Shown here one piece after another: positions 1 to 12,176 of a DNA stretch of 64,000 nt. This DNA is from Dendrobates tinctorius. Taxonomy: Eukaryota. The stretch is taken from contig NW_027361869.1 of assembly GCF_039654945.1 (NCBI RefSeq), forward strand, positions 7,626,001-7,690,000, given 5' to 3'. The stretch's first letter is position 1, and every line of letters starts with the position of its first letter. A model generated the notes under the pieces. The model was given only the letters and a program-made list of their open reading frames with translations, searched no databases and was not told where the DNA came from. A program made the translations under genes and the position numbers.

Positions 1-1430
1 TCAAAATCTCCATTATCCTCTCGTCACTTTGGTCACAGGCAGCTGTGCCATCGAGTGTGTCACATAGCGCTCAGATATCAGTGTGCCTCACACAATCCAC
101 AAGTGTCCAGTGTCCAAAAGTGTACGCAGAGATTCAAAATCTCCATTATCCTCTCGTCACTTTGGTCACAGGCAGCTGTGCCATCGAGCGTGTCACATAG
201 CGCTCAGATATCAGTGGGCCTCACACAATCCACAAGTGTCCAGTGTCCAAAAGTGTACGCAGAGATTCAAAATCTCCATTATCCTCTCGTCACTTTGGTC
301 ACAGGCAGCTGTGCCATCGAGCGTGTCACATAGCGCTCAGATATCAGTGGGCCTCACACAATCCACAAGTGTCCAGTGTCCAAAAGTGTACGCAGAGATT
401 CAAAATCTCCATTATCCTCTCGTCACTTTGGTCACAGGCAGCTGTGCCATCGAGCGTGTCACATAGCGCTCAGATATCAGTGGGCCTCACACAATCCACA
501 AGTGTCCAGTGTCCAAAAGTGTACGCAGAGATTCAAAATCTCCATTATCCTCTCGTCACTTTGGTCACAGGCAGCTGTGCCATCGAGCGTGTCACATAGC
601 GCTCAGATATCAGTGGGCCTCACACAATCCACAAGTGTCCAGTGTCCAAAAGTGTACGCAGAGATTCAAAATCTCCATTATCCTCTCGTCACTTTGGTCA
701 CAGGCAGCTGTGCCATCGAGCGTGTCACATAGCGCTCAGATATCAGTGGGCCTCACACAATCCACAAGTGTCCAGTGTCCAAAAGTGTACGCAGAGATTC
801 AAAATCTCCATTATCCTCTCGTCACTTTGGTCACAGGCAGCTGTGCCATCGAGCGTGTCACATAGCGCTCAGATATCAGTGGGCCTCACACAATCCACAA
901 GTGTCCAGTGTCCAAAAGTGTACGCAGAGATTCAAAATCTCCATTATCCTCTCGTCACTTTGGTCACAGGCAGCTGTGCCATCGAGCGTGTCACATAGCG
1001 CTCAGATATCAGTGTGCCTCACACAATCCACAAGTGTCCAGTGTCCAAAAGTGTACGCAGAGATTCAAAATCTCCATTATCCTCTCGTCACTTTGGTCAC
1101 AGGCAGCTGTGCCATCGAGCGTGTCACATAGCGCTCAGATATCAGTGGGCCTCACACAATCCACAAGTGTCCAGTGTCCAAAAGTGTACGCAGAGATTCA
1201 AAATCTCCATTATCCTCTCGTCACTTTGGTCACAGGCAGCTGTGCCATCGAGCGTGTCACATAGCGCTCAGATATCAGTGGGCCTCACACAATCTACAAG
1301 TGTCCAGTGTCCAAAAGTGTACGCAGAGATTCAAAATCTCCATTATCCTCTCGTCACTTTGGTCACAGGCAGCTGTGCCATCGAGCGTGTCACATAGCGC
1401 TCAGATATCAGTGGGCCTCACACAATCCAA
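1..1430. repeat. 133-bp tandem repeat (~11 near-identical copies) inside the hAT element, upstream of the transposase
   Basis: Unit TCAAAATCTCCATTATCCTCTCGTCACTTTGG...GTACGCAGAGAT recurs every 133 bp; ORF-track starts 243, 376, 509, 642, 775, 908 are spaced by 133. Confidence 0.97.
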
Positions 1431-1551
1431 ATGTGTCCACTGTCCACAAGTGTGTGCAGAATTTCTAAATCTCCCCTGTCCTATAGACACCTTTTACCTT
1501 GTTTTACATTACTATATAGTTTGTTGGATTTTGTCTACATTTCTACCAAAA

Positions 1552-4500
1552 ATGAGGAAGGCTGGTGGAAGAGGCCGTGGAATTGGGCGGGGGTTGGCAG
1601 CTGGTAATGATGGTGTTGGTGTTGGATCTGATGGTAGTGGCAAGAGCAAAATAGGACCGAATGCAGGAGGTGCTGACCCTGCGTCATCGTCTGGCTACAT
1701 AAGGCCTCGAACGCTTAGTTTTCTAGGAGTTGGCAAACCGCTTTTAAAGGCAGAGCATCAGGAAAAAGTTTTGTCTTACATTGCTGACTCAGCCTCCAGC
1801 TCTATCGCCTCCTCTTCTTCAGTTGTAAAAAGTAAAAGCACTGAGTCGTCATTGGAGGCTCATGTTCATGAACCACACCTTTCCTTGTGTCCTTCACCCC
1901 AACCAAGATTGAAGGATGACGTAGGCCATACTACTGATTACTCCATGGAGCTGTTTTCACATACCATGCCTGAATTATCAAGTCAAATGGTGAATTACCC
2001 AGGCCAAGATGAATCTGACATGGAGTGCACTGATGCACAGCCGCTGATGGATGATTCTGCTGGTACATTCACTCAGAGCACTACATTGTCCTCGCAATGT
2101 ACAGAGCCAGATTTTGACCCTGATGAGACTCAGGTGCCCCTTCCCGCACACTATACCACCATACACGGTGACACAGAGAAAGGTGCACATGACATAGAAG
2201 AGGAGGTGATGGATGACCCAGTTGTTGACCCAGATTGGCATCCATTGGGGGAAGAGGGTGCTGCTTCCAATAGCTCAGATGAGGAGCATCCACAGCAGAC
2301 ATCGACATCGCAACAGCTGTTATCTGGCAGGCCCGGAGCACTCCAAAGACAGGTTCCAAACATCAAAAGAGTTGCTGGACAGCTTGTCCAGAGGGTCAAA
2401 AGATCACAGCGTGCTAGGCCGCAAAATGTCTGCCAAAGTAGGAAGAGTGCAGTGTGGCACTTTTTTGAACAAAATCCTCATGATCAGGCCAAGGTTATCT
2501 GTAAGAAGTGCGCAAAGACCTTTAGCCGAGGGAAAAATCTGAAAAATTTGAATACCAGTTGCATGCTTAGACATTTAACCAGCATGCACTTGCAAGCGTG
2601 GACACAACACCAAACCTCAAGTGCCACATGTGCAACTGATCACAACGAAGGTAGTCAGCAACGCTACATTGTTTCCCCCACTGTAAGCCCACCGGTTAGC
2701 ACAGCAGCAAATGTTGAGGTGTCGTTGCAAGGCCACAGCAGTCAGGGAATCCCACTGTTATATCAACGAAAGACTGATTCTAGGCCATCAGAAAGAACAC
2801 CAACTCCATCACCATCATCAACCCTCTCTCAGTCCGCCCTGTCCACCGCTACTTCCACCATATGCAGCTCTCAAGTCCAGCTCACCCTCCCAGACACTAT
2901 GAGTAGGTCAAGAAAGTACTCAGTCTCTCATCCGCGTACACTGGGTTTGAACGCCCACATTGCCAAACTAATCTCGTTTGAGATGATGCCCTTTCGGTTG
3001 GTGGAAAGCACAGCTTTCCGCGAACTCATGGCCTATGCAGTACCACGCTATGACCTACCCAGTCGCCACTTCTTCTCTCGCAAAGCCATCCCAGCCCTCC
3101 ACCATCATGTGAAAGACCGCATTGTCCATGCACTCAAGCAGTCAGTGAGCGGAAAGGTGCACCTCACAACTGATGCATGGTCCAGTCGGCATGGCCAGGG
3201 CCGTTACGTGTCCATCACTGCGCACTGGGTTAATGTGGTGGATGCAGGGTCCACAGGGGACAGCGGTGGTGGGACAGTGCTGCCTAGCCCACGGTATAGG
3301 AAACAGTTGGCTGTAGGCGTTCGACCCTCCTCCTCCTCCTCCTCCAGAAGCGAAAGCTCGTCCACAGAGCGCAGTCGTACGAGCACTCCATCTGCAGCTG
3401 CCACTGTTGCACACGATGTGTCCCCCTATCGAGCAGCTAGTGGAAAGCGTCAGCAGGCTGTGTTGCAGATGGTGTGTTTGGGCGACAGACACACCGCCGA
3501 GGTGCTGGCCGAGTACTTGAAGCGACAAACTGAGTCATGGCTGGGCAGTGTACATCTTGAGGCAGGCAAGGTAGTTAGTGATAACGGACGTAATTTTGTG
3601 GCAGGCATAGCCCTTTCAAAACTCAGCCACATACCTTGCTTGGCTCACACCTTGAACCTGGTGGTGCAGTGCTTCCTCAAAAATTATCCGGAGTTAACAG
3701 CCCTGCTCCAGAAGGTGCGAAGACTGTGCGCGCACATCCGCCGGTCGCCTGTACACTCCGTTCGTATGCAGAAGCTGCAGCGATTGCTCCACCTTCCCAA
3801 CCACCGCCTCATTATCGACATTGCAACAAGGTGGAACTCCTCCCTGCACATGGTGGAGCGGCTGTGCGAGCAGAGGCAGGCCATAATGCATTTGTGGGAG
3901 GATACACGGCCAGGCACTTTGAGAGCAGACATGGAGTTGACAGGTGTGCAGTGGTCGAAGCTGAAAGACCTTTGTAAAGTCCTTCAGTATTTTGAGGAAT
4001 GCACACGGCTGGTAAGCGCAGACGACGCCATCCTAAGCATGAGCATCCCACTTATGCGTCTGCTCATGCAAACTTTGACGCACCTTAAGGAGCAGGCGTC
4101 TGCAGCCAATGTTGATGAGGAGGAAGAGGAGGAGGGAATCCTTGATGACATTCAGCCATTGTCTGCTCAGGGACCTCTCCTGGACGAGGTGGAGGAAGAA
4201 GAGGAGGAGGAGGAGGATGATGGGGATGATTACTTAGGGGAGGAGGATGCATCTCGTGGGGCAAGTGAAAATGTTGGCGTGGCAAGGTCTGGTAGAGGGT
4301 TTGTGCGTGACTGGAGGGATGTGGATTTGCCAGAAAGTGCTCCTCCACCCAGCACTCGCAGTGCATCATTGACAACGGGAACATTGGCCCACATGTCAGA
4401 TTATGCCTTGCAGATCCTAAAAAGGGACCCCCGCATTGCCAAAATGATGAACGATGACGACTACTGGTTGGCCAGCATCCTGGATCCACGCTATAAAGGC

Positions 4501-5091
4501 AAATTACAAAACATCATGCCACAGGAGAACCTTGACCTAATATTGGCTAATAAACAAGCAACTCTGGTAAATCGGTTGCTTGAGGCATTCCCAGCACACA
4601 GCAGCGGTGATGGTTCTCACACGAGCCGTACGGGCCGGGGGCAGCTTGGCAGAGGTGTTCGTGGTGCACACAGCAGAAGTGGCGTTGGAGACAGGGGTTT
4701 CATGACAATGTTGTGGACTGATTTTTCAAATACCGCTCACACAACTGGTAATACTGCATCGATGGAAAGTGACAGGAGACAGCAGTTGTCAACTATGGTT
4801 ACAAACTACTTTTCCTCCCATATCGATGTTCTCCCACACAGGTCATTCCCCTTTGACTATTGGGCCGCTAAACTGGACACCTGGCCTGAATTGGCCCAAT
4901 ATGCCTTACAGGAGCTCGCTTGCCCAGCTGCAAGTGTGCTATCGGAAAGAGTCTTCAGTGCAGCTGGATCAATCCTGACAGAAAAAAGGACCTGTCTGTC
5001 AACCCAAAATGTGGATGATCTAACCTTCATTAAAATGAACCACGCATGGGTTTCCAAGGATTTTGTCCCACCTTCCCCTGATGACACATAG
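1552..5091 (+). CDS. hAT transposase with BED zinc finger (ZBED-like), ~1179 aa from the likely ATG at 1552
   Basis: BED finger SAVWHFF...CKKC...LRHLTSMH; catalytic LTTDAW and VVSDNG; CLAH (CxxH); TRWNS; C-terminal dimerisation motif CPAASVLSERVFSAAG. The ORF-track extension to 1174 is just the 133-bp repeat. Confidence 0.93.
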   Translation: MRKAGGRGRGIGRGLAAGNDGVGVGSDGSGKSKIGPNAGGADPASSSGYIRPRTLSFLGVGKPLLKAEHQEKVLSYIADSASSSIASSSSVVKSKSTESSLEAHVHEPHLSLCPSPQPRLKDDVGHTTDYSMELFSHTMPELSSQMVNYPGQDESDMECTDAQPLMDDSAGTFTQSTTLSSQCTEPDFDPDETQVPLPAHYTTIHGDTEKGAHDIEEEVMDDPVVDPDWHPLGEEGAASNSSDEEHPQQTSTSQQLLSGRPGALQRQVPNIKRVAGQLVQRVKRSQRARPQNVCQSRKSAVWHFFEQNPHDQAKVICKKCAKTFSRGKNLKNLNTSCMLRHLTSMHLQAWTQHQTSSATCATDHNEGSQQRYIVSPTVSPPVSTAANVEVSLQGHSSQGIPLLYQRKTDSRPSERTPTPSPSSTLSQSALSTATSTICSSQVQLTLPDTMSRSRKYSVSHPRTLGLNAHIAKLISFEMMPFRLVESTAFRELMAYAVPRYDLPSRHFFSRKAIPALHHHVKDRIVHALKQSVSGKVHLTTDAWSSRHGQGRYVSITAHWVNVVDAGSTGDSGGGTVLPSPRYRKQLAVGVRPSSSSSSRSESSSTERSRTSTPSAAATVAHDVSPYRAASGKRQQAVLQMVCLGDRHTAEVLAEYLKRQTESWLGSVHLEAGKVVSDNGRNFVAGIALSKLSHIPCLAHTLNLVVQCFLKNYPELTALLQKVRRLCAHIRRSPVHSVRMQKLQRLLHLPNHRLIIDIATRWNSSLHMVERLCEQRQAIMHLWEDTRPGTLRADMELTGVQWSKLKDLCKVLQYFEECTRLVSADDAILSMSIPLMRLLMQTLTHLKEQASAANVDEEEEEEGILDDIQPLSAQGPLLDEVEEEEEEEEDDGDDYLGEEDASRGASENVGVARSGRGFVRDWRDVDLPESAPPPSTRSASLTTGTLAHMSDYALQILKRDPRIAKMMNDDDYWLASILDPRYKGKLQNIMPQENLDLILANKQATLVNRLLEAFPAHSSGDGSHTSRTGRGQLGRGVRGAHSRSGVGDRGFMTMLWTDFSNTAHTTGNTASMESDRRQQLSTMVTNYFSSHIDVLPHRSFPFDYWAAKLDTWPELAQYALQELACPAASVLSERVFSAAGSILTEKRTCLSTQNVDDLTFIKMNHAWVSKDFVPPSPDDT

Positions 5092-5298
5092 GGTGACAGA
5101 AAAATGGCTTGCTTTGATCCACCTCTTCCTGGTACTTCACCTATTTCGCCTTTTGCATCAGCTGAATGTCCAACATCAACATATGCCACTTTCTAAAACT
5201 CCCTAACTGTGCTGCCTCCCCCCCATGGCCGGGGTCACCACCTACCGCATGACACCGTGCGAGTGCCGTTGCCCTGGACAGGTGGGTAGGCCGACTCT

Positions 5299-5420
5299 TG
5301 GGCGCGGGCACTGGCACAGGGTCCCTCATAGTGCAATCAAGTGTCTCTGACGGTGGTGGTGCACACCCGCCGTCAGACACACCGCTGTACTATGAGGGGC
5401 CCAGTGCCAGTACCGACGCC
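5299..5420. repeat. Imperfect inverted repeat (hairpin) in the hAT 3' region
   Basis: GGCACTGGCACAGGGTCCCTCATAGTGCA...TCTGACGGT / CCGTCAGA...TGTACTATGAGGGGCCCAGTGCC are reverse-complementary arms. Confidence 0.8.
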
Positions 5421-5507
5421 CACGAGTGGGCCCCCCTTGCTTGGGCAGGGCCCCAGCATTTGCAATCTTTACCTCTCCCTGCTCCTCCGCTGTGTAATCT
5501 GGGCCGT

Positions 5508-5892
5508 CAAATCCATACTGTGCCTGACACGGTCTGAGCCTGCCTCCTGAGACAAATATTTTGAATGTGTACGCTATCCATACATGTTATCCGGGGATAC
5601 GGTACCCTTTCTAACCTTTGTGCAATCACGTGCAATCCATACTGTGCCTGACACCGTCTGAGCCTGCCTCCTGAGACATATATTTTGAATGTGTACGCTA
5701 TCCATACATGTTATCCAGGGATACGGTACCCTTTCTAACCTTTGTGCAATCACGTGCAATCCATACTGTGCCTGACACCGTCTGAGCCTGCCTCCTGAGA
5801 CATATATTTTGAATGTGTACGCTATCCATACATGTTATCCAGGGATACGGTACCCTTTCTAACCTTTGTGCAATCACGTGCAATCCATACTG
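5508..5892. repeat. 124-bp tandem repeat (~3 copies) inside the hAT element
   Basis: AATCCATACTGTGCCTGACAC...GTGCAATCACGTGC is repeated with a 124-bp period. Confidence 0.93.
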
Positions 5893-6742
5893 GGCGTGAG
5901 AACGGCTGGCGAGCTGTTAAGCAAGCTACAGCACCTGTCCAGACAAGTACAGGGATTCCCTAGCGAGGAGACTTATTTGATTGTTTTCAATGTTGGGACA
6001 GCAATTTTTGGGGAGCACTATACTCTGGAGAATGATAGATGGGGCCCACCATACACTGGAACATTCCAAAGGTGGACATCAGACACTGGAGCAGCATTTA
6101 CAGGGCCCATTATACACTAGAGCATTAGAAATGGGGCCCATTATGTTTGGAGCATTATTTGGGCCCATAAGACAGTGGAGCTTCATCCATGGGGACCAAC
6201 ATATACTGTAGCATTATGTGGAGCTCATCATATACTGTTTCAAACATTATATGGGACCAATGATTCTGTATGGAGAAATAGATGGGCCTCGTCATGAGAT
6301 GTAAAAAGTGAGGTATTTTTTATTGTACTATACCGCTATTTATCTGCCGTATCGGAGCATGATGAGTTGTGGTTTGTGTTAAAGGGGCACTCTTTCGCCC
6401 AGGGCACATGAAAACCTGCAGCCAGCCCTCCCCCCCCCACAACTTTAGCCAAATAACCCCCATTTTTCATTGCGTAACTTATATTATGAAGTTAATTAAG
6501 GTTGACAAGCTTAAGTAAGAAGAATTGATGCTTTTGGCATTCAAATGGGCCCTGTAGGTGTGTTTCCTGTCCTCCTCTCACTGCCGACTTTTATTCCTCA
6601 TTGACTTACATTGGGTTTCGTGTTTCGGGACGACCCCGACTTTTCCCTATAATCGGACGATCTTGCTCGACCCGACATTTGGAAAAGTCGGGTTTCACGA
6701 AACGAAACGCGACCCTAAAAAACCAAAAGTCGCTCAACTCTA

Positions 6743-7310
6743 GTACCAACACCTTGTCGCCGCAGAGGTGTATGATCAGTGCCACCACCTCCTCTCTGCA
6801 GAGCTGTATGATAAGTGCCACCACCTGGTCCTTGCAGAGCTGTATGATCAGTACCAACACCTTGTCCCCGCAGAGCTGTATGATCAGTGCCACCACCTTG
6901 TCGCCGCAGAGGTGTATTATCAGTGTCACCACCTTGTCCCCGCAGAGCTGTATGATCAGTGCCACCACCTCCTCCCTTCAGAGCTGTATGATCAGTGCCA
7001 CCACCTCCTCTCTGCAGAGCTGTATGATCAGTACCACCACCTTGTCGCCGCATTGGTGTATTATCAGTGTCACCACCTTGTCCCCGCAGAGCTGTATGAT
7101 CAGTGCCACCACCTGGTCCTTGCAGAGCTGTGTGATCTGTGCCACAACCTCATCCCTGCAGAGCTGCATGATCAGTGCCACCATCTTATCCACACAGAGC
7201 TGTATGATCAATGCCACCACCTACTCCCTGCAGAGCTGTATGATCAGTGCCACCACATCATCCCTGCAGAGCTTTATGATCAGTGCCACCACCTCATCCC
7301 TATACAGCTG
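6743..7310 (+). repeat. 36-bp histone-3'-end-like satellite, array A
   Basis: Tandem CAGTGCCACCACC(N10)CAGAGCTGTATGAT units. Confidence 0.95.
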
Positions 7311-8160
7311 TGCTCTGTGTAGAAATTGGATTTTGTGTCTCCTCTTTTCTCCCAATATTCCCCTTTTGCACAATAGTTGGGTCACATAAATCCAGGAATA
7401 TCTCACAGTTTTCTCCCCGGAGATGCGTCTGGTTGGGGAGTGAGTCGCATTATGAAGCTGCCCCTTATCAGTTCTCTTCCACCATTACAGGCCTCAGGGG
7501 TCACAGCTCCACAATGGGTGAGACCAGATTTTAGCAGGTCATTGCAATCAGCCGCCCATGTGGATCATCTCCTGATGTGGAGCATCTGTCACCCCCAATA
7601 CTCCGCACATACGGGGTACAGGGAGGTCACAGGTCAGGGAGGCGGCAGTCAGCGGAGCCATCGCCTGTGTTACCCTTCTGGGCTCTCAGCAGCTCCAGGT
7701 CGTCCCCACATCGTACAATCAGCGTCCTGTACGATAGACATTGTAGTAAAGATCCCTGTGATGGTGACAGGAGCCGGGAACAGGAGGAACGAGTTCCCCC
7801 AGCAGATGTATCTTCCCGGATACACAGCGATGTGCAGATCTGGAGGACGACGGCGATGATCCCGGGACCTCCTCTCCGCTCTTCCCCGGCGTCTCTGCTA
7901 GTGACAGCTACAGACGGTCGGTGGAGAAGATGGCGAAGAAGAAGCGGCGGAGGAAGCGCGCTCTGCTGTCCGGTGTCAGCCGGTAAAGGGCTTTTATTCC
8001 GGGCAGGGAAGCACAAGGGGAGAGCGGAGCTTCACTCGTTCTCAGCTGGGAAGAGGCGGGGCATGTATGCAGTGTCAGCCAATAGATGCTCAGGACGTTG
8101 TAGCTCAGCAGCCAATCAGTGCACAGTAAGCCTGTACATATAACAGACGCCTCCGGCTCC
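7240..8160 (+). repeat. Direct duplicate of the H1 upstream/promoter region (copy of ~12108-13030) with no H1 CDS behind it
   Basis: Near-identical to 12108-13030; matching ORFs 7377/12244 and 7577/12444. Diverges at 8161, just after CTCCGGCTCC. Confidence 0.93.
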
Positions 8161-9530
8161 GACGGTGCAGTTTTATCTAGAGATTATGCTGGAGTCTTCA
8201 CTGTAAAGGGAAGCGGTGACGACATTTTAGAAGCAGCGGGAAATTCAAACCCCCTAACCGGCCTGTGTTCAGCCAATCCGCAGAGGGAGGGGAGGAGCTA
8301 ATGTTCCCAATGGTTGACACGTTTGCAGTTCCCGCTTTTTCTGTTCTTTGTCTCCATATAACGCGCGGTCCCAGGACGGAGCGATGTCGGGGAATCTGCA
8401 GGTGTTGAGAGGTCGCTGGTCGCTTACATCCCATACAGGAGTCTGCAGCTGTTCCTGGTTAGAGAATGAATCCGCGTTAGGCAGATGCTGTGATGCCCCG
8501 TGTGTCTGACCTGCAGGCGATCACATCTCCCTTTCTCGTCATAATCAGTATTGTGGAGACAATATATTGGCTAGAGATGTATCCTACAAGAGACATTTCA
8601 GGGGAGACCAATTCTGCTCTTCCAAGCAGATCCCACCTGCAGCTCCAGGCAGGAGGTCTGTGATGGGAAATGTGCGATCATGTAGAGAAGATTGCCGAGA
8701 GCTCAGTGCACAATACATTACACTGTGATGTGAGGATCCTCTAGGTCAGACATGTCATGACATCATCTCCCATCACATCCTCCTCACAGATGTTTTTTAA
8801 ATAATTACTGCAGGATATGGGGCGATATTGGCGGCTGGGATCAGTCAGGATCACTGCTGAGCTCTGATTTTCAGCCTTTTCTGTCATTATGTTAATAATT
8901 GTTTTTCCTAATTAATTGTAGCTGACAGCAGGTCCCTACTCTGCAGCAATGTGAGCTATGATGTGGTGGAAAAAAGAATCATTGCCAGGGGAAGAAGAAA
9001 ACACAAATATAAGGACAATAGTGTCATAATTGCCCGAAGTAATGATGACTCCTATCATAGCACAAATGTCCCTAATGCGGGAATATAAGACCTGAATAAA
9101 GGCAGAGAGGGCTTAGCCCTGGGGTTAATATAAATGTAATATTCTCTATGAAAACCGGAGATCCTGTGATTACTGAGGACTGAGCCTTATATCAGGCAGT
9201 GTATCTACCGGTGTGAGATCCCCTGGGCGGCTGCCTGTAATATCTGTGGTTACAGTCTGTTCTGTCCTCCTGACATATACTGGGGCCGTGTCTGCTCCCC
9301 TCTATTTGTGCTGCCCATTTATCTATAGGCTGAATCTGGAATAATTCTCATCACAGGGGAAGAAGTGACATTATATTACAAGCTGGAAAGAAAAGGGAAA
9401 CTGAACAATGAGCGGGAAATTCAAACTCTCCAACAGTTCTGTGCTCAGCCAAACAGCAGAGGAAGGGAGGAGCTCATGTGGATTCTGTAAGCCCCGCCCT
9501 GGGGCGCGTCATCTCTGCAGTTCTCTCTCT

Positions 9531-9553
9531 GGTCCGTCTCTCCTGTATATAAA
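9531..9553 (+). promoter_or_regulatory. H4 promoter: GGTCCG H4-subtype element and TATA box
   Basis: GGTCCG at 9531, TATATAAA at ~9546, GC box at ~9492, upstream of the H4 ATG. Confidence 0.7.
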
Positions 9554-9574
9554 GGAGGGGTCGTTCTGTTTTAG

Positions 9575-9913
<339 letters not shown>

Positions 9914-9943
9914 TTGTATTCTTTTCTGTGCTGATAACCCAAA

Positions 9944-9959
9944 GGCTCTTTTCAGAGCC
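9944..9959 (+). terminator. Histone 3' stem-loop (H4)
   Basis: GGCTCTTTTCAGAGCC followed by ACCCA and a purine-rich HDE (GAGAGGCT). Confidence 0.96.
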
Positions 9960-11631
9960 ACCCACATCTTCTACCTGAGAGGCTACGATTTCCTATTCCT
10001 GCATTCTGGTGCCTGTAAGTATACTAGTTGTCACAGCCTGGCATGTGTCTTGCACTTTCCTCCTTCCATACTGGAGCTGGCACCGCGGACTTGGGGTGAT
10101 GTGGTTTATTCTCCTTGATCTATAATATACAGCTGCCAGGTTCTGGGGGCATACAGTATATCCGCACTGTGCAGCACAGACATCTCTGCACCACAGTACA
10201 TACCTCGCTGTGATGTGGTCACTACAGAGCAGAAATCCAAGTTCTGCCGTGAGATGAACGTGATTCTGCTACAGGTCTTCCTGATCAGATCAGTGTGTGT
10301 GTCAGGAGGCAGCGAATACTCCCGGGGATTGTCGCTGGATAGATGCGCCTCCCCCAAAGGCTCCTATCAGAGCCGCCCACATGTGTTCTGGAGAAGCTAC
10401 AATTCCTGATATTTGATGACTGCGGTGATGGAGTCTGGTCAGATCCTATTTCTCAGGATTGGTGTAAATCCAGTGAGGAGCGGTCACATCCTGTACCGGT
10501 AACTGCTCCCCCTTGTTAGTGGCGGCTCCCCGGTATGTCCAGCGCCTGCATCTCATCACTACCACCCTCCTCATTTACCATCTACATGTGGCCACTGATT
10601 GTGACCTCCTGACTGCTCCTAATAACATGGACTGGAGCTACAGCCGGCAGCGGTCTCCTGTGCTCGGGCTGATGGATGAAGCCGCTCCCTCCCCGCAGCC
10701 GGACATTAGCGGCTCGTTCCCCTCATGACGGGGAGGTTTCTGGTGTCTTATCCTATTTATCAGTAGTCGGAGCCAGAAGAGAGAACAGAGTCCGCACCCC
10801 GAATGTACAGCGCCGTCATCCGAGCCCGGCGGACCATAGCGAGGACTGGAGATGAGGCGGCTCCGGAGCCTGTGTATTTCTGAGTGCGGAGAGCGCCATC
10901 CCTCCAGAGGAGAAAAAGTCTCGCATACAAGATAACTGCATAAATGTGGTTGGTGAGATAATGAGCAGCGGCCACCGTTCTGGGGATTGAGGGGTTAATA
11001 CAATCTCACTTTACCACACGATCTGCAGGTATAATGGCCGCTTACTCCTGACAGTGATTGGGAAATGATGTCTCTTCCACAAGCAGAGAACAGTCACTGA
11101 AGGGTTAATGATCGAGGGCCGAGAGCACGACTGAGCGGGAGATTCAAACCATCAAACGGTTATAAAGCTCCGCCCACAGGAACCGACCAATCGATAGACG
11201 TGCTTCCTCCTCCGTTTAACTCCTTATTGCCCTTCTACCTGCTGCTCCTCATGTACACGTGTTCTCCCGGCAGCGCTCAGCACATCGGGCTCCTCCTGGT
11301 AGAACATGTGCGGATTGTATCATCCGATCTGTGCTAGATGCGGCCTCCTGTGATCAGTGCGGACCCCACACGGAGACGCCCAGATATAACGTTACCGGGT
11401 CTCCGTGTGGGGTCCGCTCCGATCACTGCTGGAAGTGGAGTTGAGACTGATCAGCCCTGGAGCTGCAGGCAATGTATACACACCCCGTACGGTGCTGCAC
11501 ATCCTCCATACCACCTACTGGGTGGTATACAGCACTACAAAGCCTACGTGTGCTGTATACTCCCCATCTAGTGCTGCAGACACAAATCCGAGAGCATCTG
11601 TTCTATATAAGCCTGAATCATGGAATGTTCC

Positions 11632-11805
11632 AGCTCAGTGCAAGATTCATTAAATCCTCCCAGACGGATGTCTGTCCAGCCTCTGTTTGAAGACTTCCAT
11701 TGAAGGAGAACTCAACACCTCCAGTGGCAGCCTGTTCCACTTATTGATCATCCTCACTGTCAAAAAGTTCTCTTTAATATCTAATCCGTGTCTCCTCCCA
11801 TTCAG
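11632..11805 (-). mobile_element. CR1 LINE 3' fragment (inverted copy of 16276-16449)
   Basis: Similar to the end of CR1 ORF2 at ~27420-27590 (GAGTTCTCCTTCAATGGAAGTCTTCAAACAGAGGCTGGACAGAC). Confidence 0.85.
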
Positions 11806-11955
11806 AATCATCTACAGAATACCCCCATATAGTGCTGTAAACCCCAAATAGCTATTGTATGTATAGGCTCACATAGTGCTGGATACCCTCCATATAGTGA
11901 CATGAGCATAAGGTAGTGCTGATACCTACATATTGCTGAATACTCTGCACAAAGT

Positions 11956-12176
11956 GCTGTATGATCAGTGCCACCACCTCCTCTCTGCAGAGCTGTATGA
12001 TCAGTACCACCACCTTGTCGCCGCAGAGCTGTATGATCAGTGCCACAACCTCATCCCTGCAGAGCTGTATGATCAGTGCCACCACCTCGTCCCTGCACAC
12101 CTGTCTCATCAGTGCCACCACATCATCCCTGCAGAGCTTTATGATCAGTGCCACCACCTCATCCCTATACAGCTGT
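11956..12176 (+). repeat. 36-bp satellite, array B
   Basis: About 6 units; joined to the inverted-duplication arm at GCTGT. Confidence 0.93.

Larger units (their letters stand above)
1..6742 (+). mobile_element. hAT-superfamily DNA transposon (autonomous-looking; left end outside window)
   Basis: Contains an uninterrupted hAT transposase ORF. Right TIR TCGCTCAACTCTA at 6730-6742 is the reverse complement of TAGAGTTGAGCGA. Subterminal CCCGAC/GTCGGG motifs. Followed by GTACCAAC, which fits the hAT nTnnnnAn 8-bp target pattern, within satellite. Confidence 0.88.

Noticed and set aside
55-1551. Series of 118-aa ORFs and the N-terminal extension of the transposase
   Set aside because: Translations of the 133-bp tandem repeat.
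6743-7310. 36-bp repeat as a CRISPR array
   Set aside because: Head-to-tail monomers with no unique spacers, no cas genes, vertebrate context.
7377-8143. 160-189-aa ORFs duplicated at 12244-13013
   Set aside because: No recognisable domain; they lie in GC-rich H1 upstream DNA and recur only because the segment is duplicated.
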